DNA from: Porticoccaceae bacterium
GTDB taxonomy: Bacteria > Pseudomonadota > Gammaproteobacteria > Pseudomonadales > Porticoccaceae
Direction of reading: 5' to 3'
Length of the DNA stretch: 50,689 bases
NCBI GenBank assembly: GCA_002710745.1
Contig: PALW01000062.1
Location: 1-50,689 of the forward strand
The notes under the pieces are model-generated. The model made no database searches, was not told the origin of the DNA, and saw nothing but the letters and a program-made list of their open reading frames with translations. Both the position numbers and the translations under genes were made by a program. The stretch's first letter is position 1. Each line of letters begins with the position of its first letter. This document shows, in pieces, positions 36,348 to 44,784 of the stretch.

Positions 36348-37056
36348 TTATAAAAGTTATCAAAATTTTAAAAGTTGGATGCCAGAATCATTCGGGCAAA
36401 CGACTATTGAGGAATCGAAATATTTTGAAAAAGAATTTCAATTAGTTAAGTCTAGCAATCTAAACAATATGCTTGTTGTTGAAATTGGATTTGGAAATGG
36501 TTCGTTTACTTCTTGGGCTACGAAAAAGGGATGTGATTATCGTGGCTTTGAATTAATACCTGAACTGGTTATTGTCGCCACAGAATTAGGTTTTAAAGTT
36601 TATGACTCTGAGATTCCTTTTGAAGAAGTTGTTTCTGATGAATCTGTTGATTATGTGGTTGCGTGGGATGTTTTTGAGCATTTAGATACCGATCAGATTA
36701 CTCTGAAATTTTTAGAATGCTTTAAAGCTCTTAAGCCTGGAGGAAGATTGATGGCCAGGGTTCCATCTGGTGACAGTCCATTTTCAGGACCTTTGCAGAA
36801 CGGGGATTTCACGCATAAAACTTGCTTGGGATCGTCAAAGGTCAGACAGATTTCAATTGCCACAGGGTTTGTGGTGGAGAGCATCAGAGCTCCAGCTCTC
36901 CCCATATGGGGAATGGGATTGAAAACTTTCTGTCGGAGAGCTTTGGTAACGATAGCGCAAAAAACTTTTTATCCTTTCCTTAAAAACATCTTTATGGGTG
37001 GCGGTGATGTAGTGCTGACCCAGAACATGATCTTTGTGTTAAGAAAGCCATATTGA
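36340..37056 (+). CDS. Class-I SAM-dependent methyltransferase
   Basis: Motif I VVEIGFGNGSF, then WDVFEHL and LKPGGRLMARVP. Overlaps the upstream gene by 8 nt. Confidence 0.75.
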   Translation: MTSYKSYQNFKSWMPESFGQTTIEESKYFEKEFQLVKSSNLNNMLVVEIGFGNGSFTSWATKKGCDYRGFELIPELVIVATELGFKVYDSEIPFEEVVSDESVDYVVAWDVFEHLDTDQITLKFLECFKALKPGGRLMARVPSGDSPFSGPLQNGDFTHKTCLGSSKVRQISIATGFVVESIRAPALPIWGMGLKTFCRRALVTIAQKTFYPFLKNIFMGGGDVVLTQNMIFVLRKPY

Positions 37057-37162
37057 TGCACCAAATAAAAGTTTAAAAAATCGTTTTATTAAACAATTTT
37101 ATTAGTTGGTATAAGATTTTCACGTTTCAACTACTTCTCTTTGTGAAGGATCATAATGTTCT

Positions 37163-38314
37163 ATGAAAAGTAAAAAAGAAATTCTTGTTTATGCTCACTA
37201 CTTCTTGCCGAGTAAAAATGCAGGAGGTCCTCCAAAATCATTGGCAAATCTTATTGATGGGATGAAGAATCAACTTAAATTTAAGATAATGTGCTGTGAT
37301 CATGAGTTCAAAGCACCGTCTGATAAGTTTACAAATATTTCTTTGGGAGAGTGGACGAAGTATGGTGGTCGAAAAGTAATTTATCTCCCTGATACCTGGG
37401 TTAGTATGATAAAGCTTATTCGCGAGGGTTTTGATTCATCCTCAGATATTATCTACTTTAACTCTTTCTTTGATGTTAGATATACAATTTTGCCTATCTT
37501 GCTTCTGGGACTTTTTTCAACAAAAAAAATTATACTTGCCCCACGAGGTGAGTTCTCAAAGAGTGCCCTAGATATTAAGTGGAGGAAAAAGAATATTTAC
37601 CTGAGACTTTTTAAAAGTTTAAAGCTGCAGACACGCATAGTATGGCAGGCATCTTCTTTGAAAGAGAAATTTGATCTCGAGAGATATTGGGGTTCTTGTA
37701 TTAATCTTAGCGTTTTGCCTATCTTCCCGGACCCTGAATTACCAACATTGAGCTTAATGACACACAAAGTTTCAGGAGCCATAAGGCTAGTGTATTTAGC
37801 AAGAATAGCGAAAATAAAAAATCTTTTGAATTTACTGGGTAGCCTAAAATTGATCAAGGATTCCAAAGTTGAGCTAGATATATTTGGACCAATTGAAGAT
37901 TCTGATTATTGGAAATCCTGCGAATTAGAGATCAATTCTCTTCCGAGTAATATAAAAGTAATATATCGAGGGGAGATTGAAAAAGAAAACGTGATAAACA
38001 CTATATCCTCCTATGATTTTTATGTTCTTATGACTAAGGGTGAAAATTTTGGGCACACTATTTACGAGGCGCTCTCTGCATCCGTGCCTATTCTGATTTC
38101 TGACCAGACACCTTGGAGACGACTTCAAGAAAAGAATGCAGGTTGGGATTTATCACTAGAAGATCCAAACAAAATTAATAGTGCAATTGAAACAGCTATC
38201 AAATTGAATTCAGTGGAACTCAGAAAAATGAAAAAAGGAGCTTATCAATTAGCAAGTGATTATGTGCATGACTCGAAACGAAATGAGATTGCCCTTGATT
38301 TATTCAGATCATAA
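37163..38314 (+). CDS. Glycosyltransferase, GT4 (GT-B) family
   Basis: C-terminal EX7E-type motif TKGENFGHTIYEALSASVPILISD. Confidence 0.8.
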   Translation: MKSKKEILVYAHYFLPSKNAGGPPKSLANLIDGMKNQLKFKIMCCDHEFKAPSDKFTNISLGEWTKYGGRKVIYLPDTWVSMIKLIREGFDSSSDIIYFNSFFDVRYTILPILLLGLFSTKKIILAPRGEFSKSALDIKWRKKNIYLRLFKSLKLQTRIVWQASSLKEKFDLERYWGSCINLSVLPIFPDPELPTLSLMTHKVSGAIRLVYLARIAKIKNLLNLLGSLKLIKDSKVELDIFGPIEDSDYWKSCELEINSLPSNIKVIYRGEIEKENVINTISSYDFYVLMTKGENFGHTIYEALSASVPILISDQTPWRRLQEKNAGWDLSLEDPNKINSAIETAIKLNSVELRKMKKGAYQLASDYVHDSKRNEIALDLFRS

Positions 38315-38432
38315 ACGTGCTGATTCCATTTTTAAATTTAGGAAATAGGTGGTTTTAATCGATATCATGTTAGGTAACGATTTTAAAATATAGGTGATCA
38401 ACTTTTGAGTTAATTTATATAGAGGTAGGAAA

Positions 38433-39707
38433 ATGATTGAGCGTAGTATTGGAGTTATAGGACTTGGTTATGTGGGACTACCAGTTGCTGTCGCATTTGG
38501 AAGGAAAACATGCGTAAAAGCTTTTGATATTAACAGGGAGCGAATCAGCGAGTTATTGGATGGGAAAGATAGTAATAAAGAAGTCGATTTTCATGAACTA
38601 AAAAAGACGAGTATTGAGTACACGTCAAAAATTGAAGATTTGAAAAATGTTAATTTTTTTATTATTGCTGTACCTACGCCAGTTAACGAAAGTAAGACGC
38701 CTGACTTGTCATATGTAATTTCTGCAAGTGAAATTCTGGGTAAAATTTTAAAAGATGGTGACATAGTTGTTTATGAGTCAACCGTCTATCCAGGAGCAAC
38801 TGAAGACGATTGTGTTCCAGTTCTTGAGAAATCTTCTGGCTTAGTGTGTGGAGAGCATTTTACTGTTGGATATAGTCCAGAGAGAATCAATCCAGGAGAT
38901 AAAATTAATTGCTTCAACACCATAAAAAAAGTCGTAGCTGGTCAAAATAAAGCAACTCTAGATGTTATAGCTAACACATACGCAGCAGTAATTGATGCAG
39001 GAATTTTTAGAGCTCCGTCAATAAAGGTTGCTGAGGCTGCTAAGGTCGTTGAGAATTCGCAAAGAGATTTGAATATAGCATTTATGAATGAGCTTGCTTA
39101 TATCTTTGATAAATTGGGAATTGATACTAATGATGTTATTGATGCCGCGTCAACAAAATGGAATTTTTTAGATTTTCGGCCAGGTATCGTTGGAGGACAT
39201 TGTATTGGAGTTGATCCTTACTATTTGTCACACAAAGCGGAGAGGGTTGGCTATTATCCTCAAGTTATCTTATCTGGCCGAAGAGTCAATAATGATATGG
39301 GTAGTTTCATTGCGCAGTCCTCAGTAAAAAGGCTTATTTCGTTAGAAAAAAATGTCAAGGATGTGAATACAATCATATTTGGTGCAACCTTTAAGGAGAA
39401 TTGTAATGATGTTAGAAATTCTAAAGTTGTTGATATATTTCAAGAGTTAAAGAGTTATGGTATGCAGGTGCAAGTCTGTGATCCGATGGTAGAAATTGAG
39501 AGCTTGGTTGGTATTTATGGAGAGAACGCAAAATCTTGGGGTGATTTAGCTCCAGCCTCACTTCTAATATTAGCGGTACCACATGAAGTTTTCAAAGAGC
39601 TCGATGTGCTCTCATTTGCACAAGACTGCTCAGTTATCGTCGACATCAAATCTTTTTTTGATCGGGAGTATATTGCAGATTTAGGACACTCTTTGTGGAG
39701 GTTATGA
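38433..39707 (+). CDS. UDP-N-acetylhexosamine 6-dehydrogenase (WbpO/TviB/VipA-like)
   Basis: IGVIGLGYVGLPVAVAFG, GYSPERINPGD, catalytic GGHCIGVDPYY. About 424 aa, as in TviB/WbpO. Confidence 0.85.
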   Translation: MIERSIGVIGLGYVGLPVAVAFGRKTCVKAFDINRERISELLDGKDSNKEVDFHELKKTSIEYTSKIEDLKNVNFFIIAVPTPVNESKTPDLSYVISASEILGKILKDGDIVVYESTVYPGATEDDCVPVLEKSSGLVCGEHFTVGYSPERINPGDKINCFNTIKKVVAGQNKATLDVIANTYAAVIDAGIFRAPSIKVAEAAKVVENSQRDLNIAFMNELAYIFDKLGIDTNDVIDAASTKWNFLDFRPGIVGGHCIGVDPYYLSHKAERVGYYPQVILSGRRVNNDMGSFIAQSSVKRLISLEKNVKDVNTIIFGATFKENCNDVRNSKVVDIFQELKSYGMQVQVCDPMVEIESLVGIYGENAKSWGDLAPASLLILAVPHEVFKELDVLSFAQDCSVIVDIKSFFDREYIADLGHSLWRL

Positions 39708-39708
39708 T

Positions 39709-41514
39709 ATGTGTGGATTAGCTGCTATTTTCTCATACGGTCCAAGGGTTTCCCAAGTCGATGAGGAAGAGTTGTTATCCATTAGGGATTCGATGTTAAA
39801 TCGTGGTCCTGATGACTCAGGATTATGGCTATCAAGAGATAAGAGAATCGGCTTAGCTCATAGACGACTCTCTATAATCGATCTTACAGATTCTGCCTCT
39901 CAGCCTATGAGCGACAAAAGTAATCGAATTAAAATAGTATTTAATGGAGAAATATACAATTTTAGAGAGCTGAGCAGAGATCTTAAGAGTAAGGGATATT
40001 CGTTCAAAACTAGCAGTGATACGGAAGTTTTGATTTACCTTTATATGGAACATGGAACCAATATGGTTCATTACCTACGAGGTATGTATGCATTTGCGAT
40101 CTGGGATGAACTGAATAATGGACTTTTTTTAGCTAGAGATCCATTTGGAATTAAGCCACTTTATTATGCAGATAACGGTGAGACCATACGTGTAGCATCC
40201 CAAGTTAGAGCCTTGTTAAAAAGCAGTAGCATTGATACAAGTGAGGAACCTGCAGGTCACGTTGGTTTCTTTCTGTGGGGACACGTCCCAGAACCGTTTA
40301 CTCTGTATAGAGGGATCCGTTCACTTCCTGCTGGCACTGCACTGTGGATAGATGCCGAGGGTAGAAAAGAAAACAAGATATTCTTTAGATTGGCTGAAGA
40401 GATGTATGCAAAAAATGAAATAGATAAGCCAATCTCTCCTGATGAACTTCGTGAATCACTTCGCGAGGCGCTGCTTGATACAATGAGTCATCATCTTATT
40501 TCTGATGTGCCGGTCGGGGTTTTTCTTTCTGCAGGTATTGACTCAACTACACTTGCAACTTTGGCTCAGGAAGTGGGCATTGATGAGTTACGAACTATTA
40601 CGCTCGGTTTCAAAGAATTTCAAGATACTGAGAATGATGAAGTGCCTTTGGCAGAATTGGTGTCTCGCAAATTAAAATCGAAGCATAGAACGCAGTGGGT
40701 AAGTCAAAGTAATTTTCATGATGAAAATCAGCGCCTATTTGAAGCTATGGATCAACCTTCACTTGATGGAATAAACAGTTATTTCGTTAGTAAGGCAGCT
40801 GCTGACGCAGGACTAAAAGTAGCCATATCGGGTATGGGAGGGGATGAGCTATTTGGAGGTTATCCTTCTTTCACGCAGATACCAAAATTGGTTAATGGAT
40901 TAAATTTGTTCAATAAAATTCCTGAGGTTGGTCGTGGCTTCCGTTACTTTTCTGCCCCGATACTAAAATACTTTACCTCACCCAAATATGCAGGCCTACT
41001 CGAATATGGGGGGACGTATAGTGGTAGCTATCTTTTACGTCGAGGGTTGTATATGCCATGGGAATTGCCAGAATTTCTCGATGGGGAAATGGTGAGAGAG
41101 GGATGGAACGACCTGAATACTTTAGCGAATCTTAATACAACACACTCTGGATTAACCGATAGTCGTTTAATTGTTTCGTCATTAGAAACATCATGGTATA
41201 TGCGTAACCAGTTGTTGAGAGATATAGATTGGGCAAGCATGTCACACTCACTTGAAGTTAGGACTCCCTTTGTAGATGTCCAGCTATACAGGGCTGTTTC
41301 GAGGTTGGTTAATAACGGGTGCACGCCAGGGAAGAGTAATATGGCAATGTCACCCTATTGTGCCTTACCGGACGAGATATTAAATCGAAGAAAAACTGGC
41401 TTTAGTATTCCTGTCCATCGTTGGCTGATGGATGATGAAAAATATCAACAAGGGCGTGGATATAGAGGGTGGAGTCACCACGTTTATAAGTCTGTCCTAG
41501 GAAGAATTAATTGA
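39709..41514 (+). CDS. Glutamine-hydrolysing asparagine-synthase-family amidotransferase (WbpS-like)
   Basis: N-terminal MCGL nucleophile, RGPDD, and the PP-loop-like VGVFLSAGIDST. 601 aa. Confidence 0.9.
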   Translation: MCGLAAIFSYGPRVSQVDEEELLSIRDSMLNRGPDDSGLWLSRDKRIGLAHRRLSIIDLTDSASQPMSDKSNRIKIVFNGEIYNFRELSRDLKSKGYSFKTSSDTEVLIYLYMEHGTNMVHYLRGMYAFAIWDELNNGLFLARDPFGIKPLYYADNGETIRVASQVRALLKSSSIDTSEEPAGHVGFFLWGHVPEPFTLYRGIRSLPAGTALWIDAEGRKENKIFFRLAEEMYAKNEIDKPISPDELRESLREALLDTMSHHLISDVPVGVFLSAGIDSTTLATLAQEVGIDELRTITLGFKEFQDTENDEVPLAELVSRKLKSKHRTQWVSQSNFHDENQRLFEAMDQPSLDGINSYFVSKAAADAGLKVAISGMGGDELFGGYPSFTQIPKLVNGLNLFNKIPEVGRGFRYFSAPILKYFTSPKYAGLLEYGGTYSGSYLLRRGLYMPWELPEFLDGEMVREGWNDLNTLANLNTTHSGLTDSRLIVSSLETSWYMRNQLLRDIDWASMSHSLEVRTPFVDVQLYRAVSRLVNNGCTPGKSNMAMSPYCALPDEILNRRKTGFSIPVHRWLMDDEKYQQGRGYRGWSHHVYKSVLGRIN

Positions 41515-41535
41515 AAATTTGGAGGTAACCAGTAC

Positions 41536-42636
41536 GTGAATTTGCTTAAAAAATTTCTAAGCTACGTTTTCATGTATGGTTTACAACGTACGGCAGTAAA
41601 GGCCCTTTATAAATTTGATAATGATGTCAGTTATTTAATATTGAGGATGATGTTCAGCGTAAAGTCACAAGAAAAAACACGTATTGTGTTTGTGGGACTA
41701 GGTAATCATGGATTCACTCTGTTGGCCTTTTTTGTTTCTGTGATTGCTAGGCATAGAATTAGTTTGGTTATTGACCCTTCCCCAAAATCCCAACAATTGG
41801 CAACCAAAGTATTAAAATGTCAGCATTACATTGATATTGAGAGCGCTATTGCAGATGGTGTTTTTTTCGGTGATATTATTTATATTGCCTCCGATCATTT
41901 GTCTCATACTCCTCATGCGATTGTTGCGGCCGATAATTTCAGACGCGTTTATGTAGAGAAGCCGTTATTTGTAAATTCCAAACAAATGTCTGATTTTTGG
42001 GAAATTTATGATAGTTCTTGTGACTTATATACTGGATTCAACAGGCCCTATTCGCCTCTATTTAAAGAATTTATCCATAATTTAAGTGATGATTTTCTGG
42101 TCACGATGGTGATTAATGGGCATTTTCTTTCTGCTGAGCATTGGTATCGAGTGGAAGGTCAAGGCTCTCGAGTTCTGGGAAATCTTACCCACTGGATTGA
42201 TTTGGCTGTCCACATTTTTATGATTAAGCCGGGATTGAGTATCGTTAACATAGAGCTAACGAAAGGACGTTTGGATGATCTGGTGCTAATACTGACTTCA
42301 GGTGCTAAGAAAATATGTTTGTCGTTTTCAGCTAACTGTGAACCAAGCGATGGTGTTGAGGAATATATTTTTTGGAATTGCTCTGCTTCAATAGGGAGAA
42401 TTCTTAATTTCCGTAAAATGCATTATGTTACGAAGGATGGTGCAACACGGAAGGTTAATAGGTTAACCAAAGATGTCGGCCATAAAGCTGCCGCACTTGC
42501 ACCACTGTATGCTCTGGATCAAGACGCAAGAATTGCATACATTTCATCAGCTTTAGCTATTAAAGTTGAGGAAATGTACCTTGACGATACTACAAGTTCA
42601 CACTTTAATTTAGAGAAATTATTGAGGAAAATTTAA
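41536..42636 (+). CDS. Gfo/Idh/MocA-like oxidoreductase (divergent)
   Basis: RIVFVGLGNHG Rossmann start and the YVEKPL (EKP) motif. The remainder is unassigned. GTG start. Confidence 0.5.
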   Translation: MNLLKKFLSYVFMYGLQRTAVKALYKFDNDVSYLILRMMFSVKSQEKTRIVFVGLGNHGFTLLAFFVSVIARHRISLVIDPSPKSQQLATKVLKCQHYIDIESAIADGVFFGDIIYIASDHLSHTPHAIVAADNFRRVYVEKPLFVNSKQMSDFWEIYDSSCDLYTGFNRPYSPLFKEFIHNLSDDFLVTMVINGHFLSAEHWYRVEGQGSRVLGNLTHWIDLAVHIFMIKPGLSIVNIELTKGRLDDLVLILTSGAKKICLSFSANCEPSDGVEEYIFWNCSASIGRILNFRKMHYVTKDGATRKVNRLTKDVGHKAAALAPLYALDQDARIAYISSALAIKVEEMYLDDTTSSHFNLEKLLRKI

Positions 42637-44750
42637 TGTTTCAAGTCTTGCAAGATATTAAGTCAGGTCAAACCAAAGTGGTAGAAGTGCCTCAGCCTCT
42701 AAATTCAGCCGGTCATAGCCTCATAACGTCATGCTACTCGTTAATTTCAAGTGGTACTGAAAAAATGCTCGTAGATTTTGGTAAATCAGGATTATTAGGT
42801 AAAGCTCTGAGCCAACCCGAAAAGGTAAAAATGGTTCTCGAGAAGGTCAAAACCGATGGCCTGCCACCGACTTATGCTGCCATTAAGTCTAAATTAGATG
42901 AACCAATGGAACTTGGATATTGTAATGTCGGTATGATAAAAGAGTCTACATCTAATGCCCTCACTCCAGGCATGAGAGTTGTTTCAAATGGCAAACATGC
43001 GGGGGTAGTCAGGGTGCCCAATAATTTGATTGCTCCTATTCCCATTAATGTAAGTGATGAGGCGGCGGCTTTTACAGTTCTGGGCGCTATCGCTTTACAG
43101 GGTATTCGGCTAGTCAATCCCTCCATAGGGGAAACAGTAGTTGTCACTGGTCTGGGTCTGGTAGGATTAATGGCAGTGCAGATATTAAGGGCAAATGGCT
43201 GCAGGGTCTTGGGTATCGATCCAGATACGGCTAAGTGTGAAATTGCGAGGCAATTTGGTGCCGAAGTTGTTGATCTTTCGAAAGATCAAGACCCAGTCCT
43301 TGTTGCCAACGCATATTCTCGTGAAAAAGGTGTCGATGCTGTTCTAATAACTGCGAGCGCCAAGGGTAATGGTGTTGTTCACCAGGCCGCAACTATGTGT
43401 AGAAAACGCGGCAAAATCGTTCTTGTTGGCGTTGTGGGTCTCGAACTGAGTCGCGCTGATTTTTATGAAAAAGAGTTGACGTTTCAAGTGTCATGCTCAT
43501 ATGGGCCAGGGCGCTATGATGATGAATACGAAGAAAAGGGTAAAGACTATCCTTTCGCCTTCGTGCGTTGGACCGAGCAGCGGAATTTTGAGGCGGTACT
43601 AGACTTGATGGATTCTGGCGCAATAAATGTCAAGCCGTTAATAAGCCAATGTTTCGCAATTAATGATGCGAAGACCGCGTATGAGCAGTTGGATGATCGT
43701 TCGATGCTTGGTATTCTCCTTGATTATCGCACATCAGGCGCGAATTTAACTGACACTCATGCAGTTAAATTTTCCGAAAAGCAGTCGAATAAAGGGTGCA
43801 AAGGAAATGTTTCTTTTATAGGAGCAGGTAATTATGCTGCTCGTGTCTTGATACCAGCGTTTAAAAACGCTGACGCAAATTTGATTTCTCTTGTTACCAG
43901 TGGCGGGGGAAGCGCCGTTCATCACGGAAAGAAGAATGGTTTTGAAATAGCCTCCACAGATGTTAAGCAGGCGCTTGATAAACGCACAACTATCGTTGTT
44001 ATCGCGACACAGCATAATCTCCATGCATCTCAAACCATCCTCGCGTTAGAAAAGGGTAAGCATGTTTTTGTGGAAAAACCGCTAGCTCTTGCTCACGAAG
44101 AAATTGATAAAATTGAAGCCTCTCAGAAAGTTGCGAAGACCATGGTGATGGTGGGGTATAACCGCCGTTTTTCACCACATATACAGAAAATTAAAAGGCT
44201 TCTTGATGCTAAGCGTTCACCTAAAACCTTCATTATGACCATGAATGCAGGTGAAATACCCAAGGCTCATTGGACGCAAGATGCTGAGGTGGGCGGTGGC
44301 CGAATTATCGGTGAAGCCTGCCATTATATTGATTTAATGCGTTTTTTGGCTGGATCGAAAATAAAATCCTTTAATGCTGTGAAAATGGGTGAAAATAATT
44401 TTGTTGAAGTAACCGAAGATAAGGCTTTAATTTCACTCACCTTTGAGGATGGCTCTATGGGTTCTATCCATTATTTTGCTAATGGAGGAAAGTCGTTTCC
44501 CAAAGAGCGTATAGAGATTTTTTGTGATAATGCAGTTCTCCAACTTGATAATTTCCGAAAACTTCGCGGTTTTGGATGGAAGGGCTTTAACAAGATGAAT
44601 CTTTGGTTGCAGGACAAGGGGCAGGAAAATTGTGTTGACGCCTTTATGGAGAGCGTAAGAGAAGGAGAGAAAAACCCCATTCCTCAAGATGAAATTTTTG
44701 AGGTAGCACGAGTTTCTGTAGATATTGCAGAAATGTTGAGGAATAAATAA
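42636..44750 (+). CDS. Bi-domain oxidoreductase: N-terminal MDR/zinc-ADH-like plus C-terminal Gfo/Idh/MocA
   Basis: VVVTGLGLVGLMAVQILRANG (MDR nucleotide site), then VSFIGAGNYA and HVFVEKPLA (Gfo/Idh/MocA motifs). 704 aa. The start overlaps the upstream stop. Confidence 0.8.
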   Translation: MFQVLQDIKSGQTKVVEVPQPLNSAGHSLITSCYSLISSGTEKMLVDFGKSGLLGKALSQPEKVKMVLEKVKTDGLPPTYAAIKSKLDEPMELGYCNVGMIKESTSNALTPGMRVVSNGKHAGVVRVPNNLIAPIPINVSDEAAAFTVLGAIALQGIRLVNPSIGETVVVTGLGLVGLMAVQILRANGCRVLGIDPDTAKCEIARQFGAEVVDLSKDQDPVLVANAYSREKGVDAVLITASAKGNGVVHQAATMCRKRGKIVLVGVVGLELSRADFYEKELTFQVSCSYGPGRYDDEYEEKGKDYPFAFVRWTEQRNFEAVLDLMDSGAINVKPLISQCFAINDAKTAYEQLDDRSMLGILLDYRTSGANLTDTHAVKFSEKQSNKGCKGNVSFIGAGNYAARVLIPAFKNADANLISLVTSGGGSAVHHGKKNGFEIASTDVKQALDKRTTIVVIATQHNLHASQTILALEKGKHVFVEKPLALAHEEIDKIEASQKVAKTMVMVGYNRRFSPHIQKIKRLLDAKRSPKTFIMTMNAGEIPKAHWTQDAEVGGGRIIGEACHYIDLMRFLAGSKIKSFNAVKMGENNFVEVTEDKALISLTFEDGSMGSIHYFANGGKSFPKERIEIFCDNAVLQLDNFRKLRGFGWKGFNKMNLWLQDKGQENCVDAFMESVREGEKNPIPQDEIFEVARVSVDIAEMLRNK

Positions 44751-44784
44751 TCAAACTAGCTTGAGGTTATTTCATCTGCGCCGA

